Below, one piece after another: positions 46,991-60,307 of a DNA stretch of 64,000 nt; position 1 is the stretch's first letter, and each line of letters starts with the position of its first letter. A program made the translations under genes and the position numbers. A model generated the notes under the pieces. The model saw only the letters and a list, made by a program, of their open reading frames with translations. It was not told the origin of the DNA and ran no database searches. The stretch spans positions 124,001 through 188,000 of the forward strand of contig JBHGNT010000020.1 in assembly GCA_043228905.1 (NCBI GenBank), written 5' to 3'. This stretch comes from Azolla caroliniana (lineage: Eukaryota; Plantae; Polypodiophyta).

Positions 46991-49430
46991 TAGATTTTGT
47001 ATATTTCCTTGTCATATTCAGTATTCCATAGGAAACAAACGTACAAAACCGTGTACACAAAACCATGGTTTTAAGCCCGTGGTTTTATGCATGTCATAAG
47101 CAAAACCATGTGCACAAAACCACGTGTTTAGCCCATGGTTTTGTGCATGTCACAAGCATGCAAAAACCTATAAAAGCCTCTAGTTGGGCTTGTGTAAGGG
47201 GGAGTCTCAATATGTGATATCATCATCATCACCATCAATATAATATTCTTCTTCTTCTTCTTCTTCTTGTTTATCTTCTTCTCGAGTGTACAAATTTCCG
47301 ATCTTCTCAAGTGTAGCATCATTTCCTCAAATCTTACATTCTCAATAACTTGACGGATGTCCTCCTTGGTTTGAGACCCCGGTGGTTCCGTTCAATGGAA
47401 GCAAGCACGCACATGCATCTTCGCGACATCTTTTGGAGAACCCGACGTGAAGAAGTGGTAGGAAGGATCAAGACGATGATCAACTGATACTTGGAGATGG
47501 CATCCTCAAGAAATCACGTAGGCGAGTTCAAAAGGATGATGGTAATCGTCGAACAAATGATGAGATCTCGGGACAATGATGCGAGCGAGGAGAAGGCTGT
47601 CGACCGTGTTGTGGAGATCGAGGGTCAATTTTATGGAAGGAACATTACGAAGTTCCTTGATGCATACAAAAGGGAGATGAATCAAAGGGACTTTTCTGAA
47701 ACACGTCAAATCTCAAGTTTCAAGAGTGTTGTTGCCAACAACATCCAAAGGCGGGTCATCAAGCTCCAAGAAGGGAAGACAACGTGGTGAGAGTTCGAAA
47801 AAGAAATATTAGTGGAGTTCGTGACCTAGGATTTGTCGAAGATGACTCAACATGTCTTGATGAAGTGGATAGAGAAGAAGAATAAGAAGATGAGTGCCTC
47901 GAGGGTGTATGACGAGTTCGACCAGATGTTTAGTCGTCTCCCCACCACGGACCAAGTGCTGCTTGAGGAGGACAAGACTTTGTACTTCCTAAAAGTTGTG
48001 GATATGAAGGATAGACGAGAATTGGGGACTCTCCTCCAAGATAATACCCAAACAAATAGGCCTGTGGCAGACTGGAATGCGGTGAAGTGAGTATGCAACG
48101 AGCTTGATAAGCATCGTCAATGGTTTGATGACATTGACTTGCTAGGGCTGAGTGTAGAAAAAAAGAAGCCATCTAAAGTAGTCGAGCCGCCTAAACAAAT
48201 CATCCTAGACGAAAAGAATATTGATGATGACTTGAGAACGGCGAAGGCCACTTTGAGGGATGATGAATGTTTTGGAACACACATCGTGTTTGAAACATTG
48301 GATAACAAAGGAGCAAGCTTAATTGAAGCATGCATCAAGGGAGATAAAGAGTGTGAGGTCAACAAGCTTGAAGAGATAGCCACAAAAAATGACATCCAGT
48401 CAGAGCTGGCTATGGACGAGTCGATGGCAGATGGCTACATCGAGGATTCCTTCACACATGTTCCAGAGACTTGGGTAGTTGCAACCGAGAGTAAACATAA
48501 AACCCAAGAGATGGAAGGTAGCAGAAAGGGGAAGGACCAAGACGGTGTGCACAACAAAGAGGTCAAGCACAACACAGAAAGGGATGACAATGGTCAAGTG
48601 GGCCATGTGGATCCGAAGGATGTGGTCGTGACATCTATTGTGGAGGACAATGGATGCGAAGCCTATACGGTTGATGAGGAAGCCACAAATGACAAGGTCA
48701 AGGAGGTAGGTGTGAAAATCACAACAAGGACAGACAATGACCACGACCAAATTTTCTCCACACTTGTTCCAGAGACTTGGGCAGTTGTGTCTGAGAACCA
48801 ACGCGAGACCCAATAGATGGAAAGTGATGGCGAAGAACCAAAGGTCGAAGCTAATACATGCGATGAAGAGAGAAGCATAATCAAGGCTTGCTCGATAAAG
48901 AGGGTCAATGGGTACGAGGCCTAGGAGTTTGAAGAGATAGCCATTGAGAATGATGTCATGGCGAAGATGGTGAATGGCCATGAAGAGACTTTCCCCACAC
49001 TAGTTCTAGAGACTTGGGCATTAACCGATGTAAGACCCAAGAGACGAAATGTGGCGGTGAGGAAGCAAAGGTCAAAGTCGATGCGAACAACCTTAAGATG
49101 GAAATGGCTAAGGGTAGCACAAAAAAGAGGACGATGAAAACATATGGATCCCTCCACACTTGTTCTAGAGACTTGGGTATTAAGCACTGTAAGACCCAAG
49201 AGAAGGACGGCGGCAACAAGAAAGCAAGGGTTGAAGCTGATGCATGTGTCGAAGAGGCCAAGCAAAGCATAACAAGAAATGAAGAGGGCCAAGCGGCCCA
49301 ATAAGATTTGAAGGGTGTTCCTCAAGATACTGATGTAACATTCAACGTGATGGAAGATACTATCATGAAGATTGAGAAAGCGATGGTCAACTTTAACGGG
49401 AGAAGATACCACAAAGATGGACGAAGTGGG
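46991..49430 (+). mobile_element. Gypsy fragment (tRNA-Trp family): partial 5' LTR, PBS, gag and acidic extension
   Basis: LTR end ...cttcgcgaca at 47428; PBS tggagaacccgacgtga 47434-47450; gag 47491-48090 highly similar to 12236-12973. Confidence 0.87.
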
Positions 49431-49714
49431 TGTTATGATATGGCAAGATTCGAACCCATGATCTTATGTTACATGGGTTGAGCCCTTGTCATTAGACTAT
49501 ATATTGTAATACGAAGGATATTATTTTCATTTATTATTTCACTATAGAAAATTGATGAATATTTCTAGATTTCTCTAGAACATTCTAGAAACTTCAGGGG
49601 TACTCCTGAAAACACTATAAAAGGAAGCACAAGGCATTATTTCAAACCAAATTGGTTCAACGCCAGTCTTAAGCCTCAAAGCTATTCTTGTACTTACTCT
49701 TCATATAATATAAT
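49431..49714 (+). repeat. Partial diverged LTR of the Tcn1-like chromovirus family, opposite orientation
   Basis: Reverse-complement similarity to about 22440-22720 (tgttatgatatggcaagattcgaaccc...). Confidence 0.88.
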
Positions 49715-52700
49715 TGTTGAGAGATCAAGCTCAACTTAGTTTAGTTAGTTAGTCAACCATGTAACTTCGTAGTTACCTAGATAGAATCTAGTTAGAAATG
49801 TTGACTATAATGACTTAAATAGGACCTTGTACTTAAGTGGGATATTCTAGATCCTCCACTCCTAAGTACATTTAATATAGGACTTACACATTAGTACCTA
49901 TATTCTACTCACACATGTGCACCTTTGCACATGAGATGTATATATACCTCATTGTGGGTATTTTTGTATTTCATGATGATAAAGCTAATTTAATATACAC
50001 TCTAGTTTACTCATCCCCCATCCTGTGTTGTCCATAAGTGTATCTCTCCTCTCTCTCTTCCTCTCACACACATACACACACATATCATATAATCTTCCGC
50101 ACTTAACTTAAACACATAATTAGGCACTAATTAACTCTTAATTATTTACCTAAATCTTAACATGGTATCAGAGCGTCTGGTTTAGAATATCCACTAAGCC
50201 CACCTGACTCTGTGATTGTGTGTTCGAGACACTAACGACAAAATCCGGCTATTCGCTACCGTAGTGCCGTTACGTAGCATGTATACGTGATAGAAGGAAG
50301 AAAAGCAAAAAGAGAAGACACTAATCAACATGAACACACAAATGGGTAGCTCGCTCCCTAGTGAAAAGCTAGACCAGAGCAATTATTTATCTTGGGAGTA
50401 CAAGATGACCCAATACCTTGTCGACCAAGGGTATTGGAGCTACATCAACGGTGCTCAAGAAAATCGACCCGACTCAAAGAACACCGACTACGCAACATGG
50501 GAGCAAGCGGCGAGTCGAGTCATGTGTTGCTTGTCAACATGTGTCCACGACCACATGCTTAGCCACATTCGAGACGCCAAGATGCCTAAAGAGGCGTGGG
50601 AGAACTTAAAGAAAATGTTCGCTGCCAACACGACCGCCAGAAAGCTTCAACTCCGACAAGAGTTGAACAACATTTAGCAAAAAGACATGTTCGTGTCGGA
50701 CTACACCGCGAAGATCAAGAGCATTTGTGACTCGCTTGGCTCCATCAAAATAAACGTCAACGAAGACGGGATGGTTCAAGTATGCTTGGGCAGCCTCGCA
50801 CAACGATTCGATCCATTACGGACGGCAATCTTGGCGAGAGAAAACCCTCCTTCATTCTTTGACCTCCAATCAATGCTATTGGTCGAAGAGAACCACGTCC
50901 AGACCAAAAGCAAGACGTCGGAAGGAAAAATGTTCTTCTCGTATTTGGACAGTGGCCGAGGAGGAGGTCACGGCGGTAGAAGAGGTCAATTTGACCCATC
51001 ACGCGAAGGGAACTCAAACCTTCACGGAAGCCATCGAGGAACCTTCGGAAGAAGGGGGAGCTTCCACGCCGAACATGGTCGGCAAATGAGGCCCGCAACT
51101 TGCAACTATTGCGGCAAAATCGGCCACCATGAGGAGGAATGCCGAAAAAGAAGAAGCGAGTCGGCTTCCACAAGTCGACGACACGCGAATTACGCCGTCA
51201 ACTCCGAATACGATGATTATGGCGAACTATTCGTAATGAGGCATAGAGCGAACTCTATGTCGGCCTCCAAATCCGCAAGCACCTCCAACTCGGAAGACGC
51301 GTGGTTCGTCGACTCCGGTGCCTCACATCACATGACATCTCACAAAGAGTGGTTTCGTTATTTAAGAACGCCGGATCGACCCGGCTTCATGGAGACGGGA
51401 GACGACACCACGCACCCCATTCGGCACATTGGCAATGTCCCATTCGGGAATGAAAGCGAGCAAACTTGCATGAAGAATGTCTTACATGTGGCCACAATAA
51501 CGAAGAATTTGGTCTCCGTCGGCAAAATCGTGGAGCAAGGCATGCAAGTCTGCTTCAACAACGAAGAAGTCTTCATCGAGAAAGATGGCTGACTTATAAC
51601 AAAGGGGCGAAGAGACAACCGAATGTTCATCCTCAATTTGAACGAGGTGAAATCGACAATGTACGCCAAAGGTCTCAAAACCGAGACAAGCATCGAGTTG
51701 TGGCACAAGAGAATCGGCCACATAAACCTCCAACAGCTTCGAGCGATGCAAACCAAGGGAGTCGTCATTGGACTTCCGACATTCAAGTCGAAACGAGTCG
51801 ACCGAGTATGCGAAGCGTGTCAACTCGGCAAACAACATCGACTTCCATTCCCGAAGGAGAGCCACGCAAGCAAAGGCCTCCTCGACGTCATACACTTGGA
51901 TGTATGGGGACCAGCTCAAACGCCGACGATCGGCGGATACCGATACTACGTAACCTTCATCGACGACCACTCGCACTACGCGTGGATCTACCCGATGAAG
52001 AAGAAAAGCGAAGTGCTCTCCCACTTCCAAAAGCTCAAGGGGCAAGTCGAAAAAGAAATTGGTCGGCACATTCGATGCCTACGATCGAATGGAGCAAAGG
52101 AGTACTTCTCTGACAAATTCACCTCCTACCTCCAAAGTGAAGGCATTCGGAGAGAAATCTCATGCCGACACACACCCCAACAAAATGGAGTCACCAAAAG
52201 GAAAAATCGGCAAATACTCGAGGTAGCACGCGCCATGATGCATGAGAAGCACATGCCGAATTTCTATTGGGCTGAAGCGGCATCCACGGCCGTCTATCTC
52301 ATGAACCGGTGCACCACCAATGGAGTCCATGAGCTAACTCCATATGAGCTCCTCGTTGGAAGGAAGCTGATCCTGTCGCACCTCAAGGTGTTCGGAAGCA
52401 TTGCAAATGTACGCATCTTGAACGAATAACGATAGAAGCTCGACATGAAGTCTAAGGAATGTATCCTCATAGGATACTTGTCTGAGAAGAAATGATAGGA
52501 ACCTGCACGCTCCCTAAGCACAACGCTCGTCCACAACCGAGTCTAGGATCAAACACAGAAAACGGGAAATGAATGCACGACACAAAGGAGAGAAGAGTAC
52601 ATAGGATGTTTAACGTGGAAAACCCTAAGAGGGGAAAAAAACCACGGGAGTCCACAGACTCCAAACTATCACTATATCACAATGATTACAATAGTGAGCT

Positions 52701-54106
52701 CACGGAGGCAACGACCTCGTGCTCACGATCTTCACCACAGGCGGCGGTTACAACAGAGGCAACGACCTCTTCCTCCCTCTCTCTCTCTGTACACAATTTC
52801 ACGCTCTGATCTTCTTGCACCAACAAGAATGACAACAACATCATCGCCTCTGTTTGCCCTAAGTCATATTTATACTAATATGACTTTTCGACTATTTACA
52901 AATATAGCCCCGATGGACTCTCAGAAACATATTTACGAATATGTCCCTTCATCCGGTGAGCACTCCTCACCGGGCCTGCATCATCCGGCTCTTGCCGAGT
53001 ACTCCTCATCTGGTTCTCACCGGGTCTTCCGTAGCCGGGTACTTGTCATCTGGCGCTTGCCGGGTACACCACATCTGGTTCTCACCGGGTCTTTTGTAGC
53101 CGGGTACTCGTCATCCGGCGCTTGCCGGGTACACCACATCCGGTTCTCACCGGGTCTTCCGTAGCCGGGTACTCATCATCCGGCGCTTGCCGGGTACACC
53201 ACATCCGGTTCCGGCCTCGGCCGAGTTTCTCATCAACATTGTTCTTCTCACTTCCCATCCGGAGGGACCTGTTTCCTAACAAGAAAGCATACAACTGCTA
53301 CAACCATAAGTGTATCTCTTCGACGAGTACGCAACCTGAATGAACAACGAAAACAGCCCGACGTGAAGTCTAAGGAATGTATCCTCATAGGATACTTGTC
53401 TGAGAAGAAAGCATACAAGTGCTACAACCATAAGTGTATCTCTTCGACGAGTCTGCATCTTGGTACGCATCAGAGACAACCTCGACTCCGACTCCGCTCG
53501 ACCCGGAATCCGCCGAGCAAGAGGTAGAAGATGGAGATCGCTTCGAACACATGTTCGAAGAAAGTTTGATTACGGCAAAGCCTAGTGGGCCACAAGATCC
53601 CCCACGCGACCCAAGCACGTCGCGGCCAAGTACGAACTTGGAGAAAGGCAAATGTAAGATGCTCGAATATGAAGTCGACCACCCTGACGACAATGATTTG
53701 GATGGATCGGCTCCCTCACTAGACAGTGAGTTCGGTGTACCTATCATGCAGACACCCGGAGTAAAGAAGGCGCTCACATCGGCAAGCGGAAAACTTCGAC
53801 GCTCATCTAGAGCAAAGAACCCCGTCACTCGGCTCGACGACAACGAGTACATGGCCCATCACTATGCCTTCGCGATGAAGGTAGCGGCTGAACAAGAGCC
53901 CAAGAGCTCCACCGAAGCAGCTCATAACCCACGATGGGTGGAAGTAGTCGACCTTCACCCACACACTACAAGCCTTCATCACTGGGTTGAGGGGGAGGAA
54001 CCGAGATTGCCACGGCAAAGAAAGCTGAAGGCCGGACGGAACCACACGAAGCCGACAAAAGCCAAAGCGGATGTCGGACGCCTCACACTTGAGCTTGAAA
54101 GGGCGT
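49715..54106 (+). mobile_element. Ty1/copia element C: 5' LTR, gag-PR-INT; RT/RH apparently deleted
   Basis: LTR 49715-50162, PBS tggtatcagagc 50163-50174; gag 50330-, CNYCGKIGHHEEEC, WFVDSGAS, integrase 51623-52429; coding similarity stops at EPKSSTEAA..W (about 53940). Confidence 0.9.
52493..53281 (-). mobile_element. Copia solo LTR (789 bp)
   Basis: TG...CA ends; TSD AGAAA (52488-52492, 53282-53286); homologous to the LTRs at 33023 and 37805. Confidence 0.93.
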
Positions 54107-54809
54107 TGTCGTGTGGCACGTGACACACGTGCCAAACGTAAGGATCTGCGCGTCACAAGCGTGGACAAGCACCGAGCCTCTATTCGCTAGTGGTTATGGA
54201 GGATTGATGATGGGCGGCTGAAGTGATGCATTAATGTCGTTAGAGTGAGAGAGAGAGAGAAAATAATAATAAATTGAGGAGGTTTTTAAGATAGATAGAT
54301 AGATAAACGCATATCACCAATAAGATAACTAAGTTTTCTTATTATTAATTTTCGATTTGATACATAGATTGATTCATAGATTGTTTGATTCATCCATTGA
54401 TTGATCCCCCCCCATTACACAAGCCTTATGAGGGTTTTTATAGGTTTATCTATCCTTCTAACATGCACAAAACCATGGGCTTGAACCCATGGTTTTCAGG
54501 CACACGGTTTTCCTTATGGCATGCACAAAACCATAGGCTAAAACCATGGTTTTGTGTACACGGTTTCGTACGTTTGTTTCGTATGGAATACTAAATATGA
54601 GAAGGAAATATGGTTAGTAGTAGCTTTAGTGGTAAGATAATTGTTTCCTATCTTAGAAGTGCAAGGTTCAAATCTTGCTTGCACCCTTCTATATGCACTT
54701 GAATGTCATCGGACCATAGGCTAATTTTCATATTTATAATCATGTGTATAATGTGTGTGGAGCCACACTATTTCACAATTTCTCCCATTGGACACAGAAC
54801 ATCACGACA
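54107..54809 (-). repeat. Gypsy 3' LTR (tRNA-Trp family) with adjacent PPT
   Basis: Ends tgtcgtg...cacgaca; followed by tccacccccaccaaactgcac as at 6865; 54540-54612 is the reverse complement of about 47000-47075; tRNA-like A/B boxes at 54621-54675. Confidence 0.8.
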
Positions 54810-54895
54810 TCCACCCCCACCAAACTGCACATCCTCCGACATGTGCCAAGAAGAAAAGAGTGATGTGGCGGTGTCGTGAAGATTTCCGGCTATGG

Positions 54896-57715
54896 TGTGA
54901 AACCGGGGTGGAATGGGCAAGTCGGTGGTGTGCAACATGTGCACATGTATACTAGGAAATGGTGTATAGAAATAAGAGGGGAAATTTCATCCCCATTGTA
55001 AGATCCCTCCATCCTTGGGCTATAAAAGGAGGGGAGGGGTCACTTATGAAGGGGTTGCCTATTTTGTGTATGAAAGGTATACCACTTAGTCTAGAGTTCT
55101 TACCGTTTTAGGGTTAGGGTTTTGTTTAGGGTTTCCTTATTCATCCTCAGTTATGGTTTTCTCATAGTCGTTTGGTGTGGCCCATGCGGCCACCATTGTT
55201 GTAATCATTCATTTGTTTTAATATAACTTGTTGAGCATCTTGCCTCGGCCAATCTCTCCTTCTATGTCATGGTCTTATTCTTTCCTCTTCTCCTCTTCAG
55301 CTAAGCTTCCAAATCATATCTTATTCTTTCTCCTCTACTCCCTAGTCCGAGACCCCCGTGGTCCCGCCCCTTCTACACGCACGCATGTAATAACGCAACA
55401 TCTTCGGTGAACCCGACGTGAAGGGCGGCAAGGGAGCATGGAGATGGAAGAAGACTTCAACTTCGAGGAGATGATGGCAATGATCGTGATGGAAGCCGGA
55501 CGGAAGATGGCGAAGCAAGATGCGGCTCAACAAGCCGTCGAAAGGGTGGTCGATCAAGTCGGCCGGTTCAATGGGAATGAGGTTCCAAATTTTTTGAGAG
55601 CTTACAATGCCGAGATGACGGAGTGGGGTGTGGACGAAGCGACAAGGCTAGATTTTTTTTGTAGAGTGGCGTCCGTATCAAGGTACGAAAAGGTCAAGGA
55701 GCTCTGAGAAGCTCACGAATCGTGGGAGTCCTTTGAGGGAGCTCTATTGGAGGCGTACGGGTACGCGGAACCGGAAGGAAGAGGTCGACATGAGTTCGAT
55801 CGATGGGTGGCATCAGCGAGGCGTCATCGGAGCGCGATGGAGGCATTCCGAGAGTTCGAGCGTCATTTCTCTCAACTCTCAGAGTGGGAACGGAGATCGG
55901 TGGGGGCAGACAAAGTTCTCCTATTTTTGAAGACGGTCCATCATGAGGAGAGGATGGACATCTTATTCGAGCTTCAAGATGATTATGGAACACATGGTCT
56001 CACCGAGGAGTGGTCCGAAGTGGAACGGGTATGCCGGCAACATGATGCGAGGCGGTTGGCCACAACATGGCCCGCGAGCGGCGGAGAAGAGAGAGCGGCG
56101 AGTGACTACGCACTACCGCCGAAAGAGAGCTCAACGCAAAATGGTTCAGAGGAGCTCGACCTAGAAGCGCTAATACAGGAGGCATGCGAGCTTGTGAAGG
56201 TGAAAATCGAAGCCGAAGAAAGGCTTATTATGGAGTCGGGCCGGAGGCGATCGGAGGATGCGGAGGAAGAAGCCTCCCTAAGCATAGAAGACGAGGCGAG
56301 GCCTATACGGACGCCGGGAGAGCGTACGACGGCGACATGGGAGAGGGTGCGGAGCAAGCGACCCTCTTGCCTCGCAGTGAAGGGACGGCCATAGAGGCCG
56401 GTAACTACGGATTCGGGACATGGTGGCCCAAAACATCGAGTGGGGAGGAGACAAGCGGCTGTGCCACGACCTTACACACACCGGCCCTAGAGGTTCCGGC
56501 GGTCAGCCCGAGTGCCGGCGTGAGGCCTAGAGTGATGGGCACTGGCGACGACAAGGCAGGCAACCGAGACAATGACATGGAAGAGACGGCGGCAAGCATA
56601 ATTGAGGCTTGCGCGATTGGAGGTGGGGTAGCCACGGACAACGACGTCCGGACAAAGGTGACTACGAACACAATGAGCGGCGGTGCCGGGTCCCTACCCA
56701 CACCGGTCCTAGAGACTCCGGCGGCCAGCCCGAGTGCCGGTGTGAGTCCTAGAGCAATGGGCGGTGGCGGCGGCAAGGTGGGAAACCGAGATGACGACGA
56801 CGATTGTAGCGGATAGAGGCAAGACCCCTCGACATCGGGGCCGGAGACTACGGCGGTTGCGCTCGAATGCCAACATAAGATCGGAGAGAAGGGCGGTGGC
56901 CGTGAGGAGGCGTGGCCCGGAGCGAACACGTACGAAGATGAGGGTGCAAGGCCCGGAACGGGCATATACAAGAGGACCAACGGAGAGGTTGGGAGCGGCA
57001 AAGAGGAGAGAGTCGGGGACCGACTCGACCAGAAGACGAAGCGGAAGAAGAGTGAAGCGGGGGCCAGTCAACAGGGCCCAAACCGAAAGAAGCCGGCAAG
57101 AATGGGATTGTTTGATCGACTCCTTACTGGCCGGTTACGGTTACGATGGGAGCCGGTAAAAGCGAGAAGGAGGCTAACCGAGCACGACGAGTACGGATCG
57201 GTGAGAGGCCGAGAGCAAGGGGGGCCCTCCACACCCATTCTTGAGACTTTGGTGGTTGCGGATCAACGTAAGACCGAAGAGACGACGGGTGGCGGTGAGG
57301 AGTTGGAGGCCAATGTGGAATCGGGGACCGGAGCGGATATCCGATGTGGGAAGACGGACGAGCGGGGCCAAGACGGCAAGCCGGAGTTGGAAGGGGCTAC
57401 GGCAACGAAGCATGAAGAGATCAACGCGGAGGTCGGGTCTATGGCGTAAAATGGAGCATGCACTATGGTCGCTCGAGGGCCAAGAAACGAGCATGTATTC
57501 GGAAGAGCCACAATGAGTGACCGGTGATAGCGGTCCGGTCGAGCCTTTGAGAGGCAAAAGCGCGGCGAGATGCCGGGATCAGCGGATGGGTGGTGAGAGC
57601 GAAGGATGGTGCGCAGAGAACAATGGGGTACACACTAGGAAGAGAAAACGTGGCAGCTTCCCGGAGGGCATGCAAGGCCAAGTGGGCCAAGAGGGCGCAA
57701 GTCGAGGTGAGGCGG
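54896..57715 (+). mobile_element. Gypsy-family fragment: LTR, tRNA-Trp PBS, broken gag, low-complexity extension, no pol
   Basis: LTR ends ...acgcaaca at 55400 (start approximate); PBS cggtgaacccgacgtga 55405-55421; gag VERVVDQVGRFNGNEVPNFL (55438-56394). Confidence 0.75.
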
Positions 57716-57716
57716 T

Positions 57717-57975
57717 AATAATCCTCTGCCTACATAGAATGTGTTCAGAGAGCACTTTTATATAAGTCCATAATGGACTGATAGAAGTACTGGCAGGTAC
57801 TTCAATGCTCATACGAGCGACTGACACTGACTCCCAAAAATATGCCTACGTACTAGGCTGGATCCGTAGCCCTCTAATGGCCTACTGGTTTAGGGTTTAG
57901 GGATATCATCCCAACACTGAACCGGCTCTAGCTTATTTAGCCGATCCAGATCTAGTTGAGCTTGCTCGCTCAACA
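57717..57975 (-). repeat. Truncated Copia LTR, inverted relative to 60308-60740
   Basis: Reverse-complement similarity to about 60308-60600; ends ...gctcaaca. Confidence 0.8.
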
Positions 57976-60307
57976 CAACTGTTCAACATGAAGATGGGAG
58001 AGACCGATCCGGCCACCTCCCACAACAATAGCTTTAGTCGGGTGTTGTCAAAAATCTCCTCAGAAGGGATCAACTTTGAAGAAGAAGTCAAAGCTCTTGC
58101 CCTCCTATCGAGCTTGCTGGTGAGTTGGGAGTTATTCTGCATGATGTACGCCAATAGACGACCAATCGTAAATCTGGATGAGACGATCGGCCAAGTCCTC
58201 ACCGAGAACATTCGGCGAAAATCGATGGGACTCACCATCGACGGATCGGCAGAAGCCCATCACTTAACCGAGTCGATCAAGAGAACAAGTCGACAAAGTC
58301 GTTCAACACCATAGTCGATCAAAAATGAGGGGAGATCGACAACGGTCGAAGTCAAGAACGGGCCGATCAGGGGAATTCTGCACACATTGTAGAAAAGTTG
58401 GCCACAATGTTTCTGATTTCTAGTCGATCAAGAGGAAAGAGAGTGGACGGCGATCTGAGCGAAATTGGGGACAACCCGACTCAGACCACTCTCATGTCGG
58501 CAATCAAATCAACATTGCCGATACCCAATAAGGAGAAATTTTGTCCTTAGAGGATTCATCGATCAGAAAAGTTCTCTACAGTGCACATGATGCACACACG
58601 TGGCTACTGGATTCCTGTGCCACATTTCACGTGACCCCAACCATCGAGTGGTTTTGAAACTATTCGGTTGGCACCAACAACACAGTTTGACTAGGCAACG
58701 GGCAGGAGTGCAGAATCACAGGAACCAGAGAGGTTCCCATCCGATTGCCCAATGGCAACATGATCACCTTGCACCAAGTTAGGCACGTACCCGATCTGAA
58801 GGAGTCTGGTCTCCATCGGCATGTTAGCCAAAGAAGGGTACCGAACGACTCTAAGTGAGTCGATATGGATGATCAATCCGAGAAATCTCAGAATTGGGAG
58901 TGGACGCAAGTACAATAACTTGTACTCATTAATGGCGATCAATCTAGAAGGGGCCGTGAACGTAGCCGAAAAGACCGACCCAAACTTATGGCATGGCCGG
59001 CCTGGCCATATGTCTCAAGCTAGACTTGATCGGCTGATGGCGGTGGGCTACATCTCGAAACTTCAAGCGAAGACAGACTTCTGCGAGCATTGTCGATACA
59101 GGAAATAGACCCGAAGTCCGCACTCCCTCCACTACGAGACGGTACGACAACCATAGAGCTCGTGCACACAAATATATGTGGGCCCATGCTAGAGCGATCA
59201 CTAGGAGGCTCCCGATACTTCATCACTTTTGTAGATGATTGTACATGGAAGGTCTAGACTTACTCGATCAGGTCCAAAGACGAAGCGCTCGAGGTCTTCA
59301 CTCGGTGGACATCTGAAGTGGAGAACCGGTCGGGACACAAAGTGAAGACACTCTGATCCGACAATGGAGGTGAGTACACCTCTAGAGCCTTCAAACAGTG
59401 CATGTCTGACAAAGGGATCCGACATCAAAAGACCGTACCCTACGCACCCATGCAAAATGGGGAAAGCCGCTACCTTGCAAATGAGTTTTCCGATACTGTA
59501 AATATGTATTTGACTCAGAGAAGCCCAAGTACAAAGCTCGGCTTGTTTCAAAAGGGTTCAAACAAGAATATGGGGTTGACTATGACGAGATATTCTCACC
59601 TGTAGTCAAGATGACCACCCTCAGACTCCTACTAGGAGTTGTGGCGATAGAAGACCTAGAGCTAGAGCAGTTAGATGTAAAGACAACATTCCTACATGGA
59701 GATATGGAAGAAGACATTTACATGTCTCAACCGGTAGGCTTCACAAAGAAGGGGGAGGAAATTTGCCTCGTATGCCGCATGAAGAAAAGTCTCTATGGCT
59801 TGAAACAAGCGCCGAGGATGTGGTACTAGAAGTTCGACTCCTACATCAAGTAGCTTGGATGCCACCGATCGGACTGTAACCCATGCATGTACATTTGGCA
59901 ACTGGCCGACGAGTGTAGGATTTATCTGATCCTATATGTCAACGACATGCTGATTGCAGGAAGCAATCAAGCAGAGGGTAGCCCAACACATACTACGCAT
60001 GAGGATTGAGTGAAATTGGACGACCACGACTCTCTGACTCTCCCAATCCGACTATATCCGAAGGTGCTGACACGCTTCAACATGGAAAATGCGAAGCCAA
60101 CACCAACACCGCTTCCAACATCGATTTGACTTTCGGACAGAGACTCTCCTTCAACAGACAAGGAGAGAGAGTGTAATGGAAAGATGCCCTACACATCGGC
60201 CATAGGAAGTATCATGTACGCAATGGTGGCGACCCGACCCGACCTAGGCTATGCCGTAGGGGTGGTCAACTGGTACATGTTGAATCCAGGATGAAAGCAT
60301 TAGGAGG
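57976..60307 (+). mobile_element. Copia family-B internal fragment with an internal deletion at about 59460
   Basis: gag 57988-58314 similar to 31950-32330; integrase jumps from PYAPMQNG directly to the RT start; RT LYGLKQAPRMWY. Confidence 0.88.
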
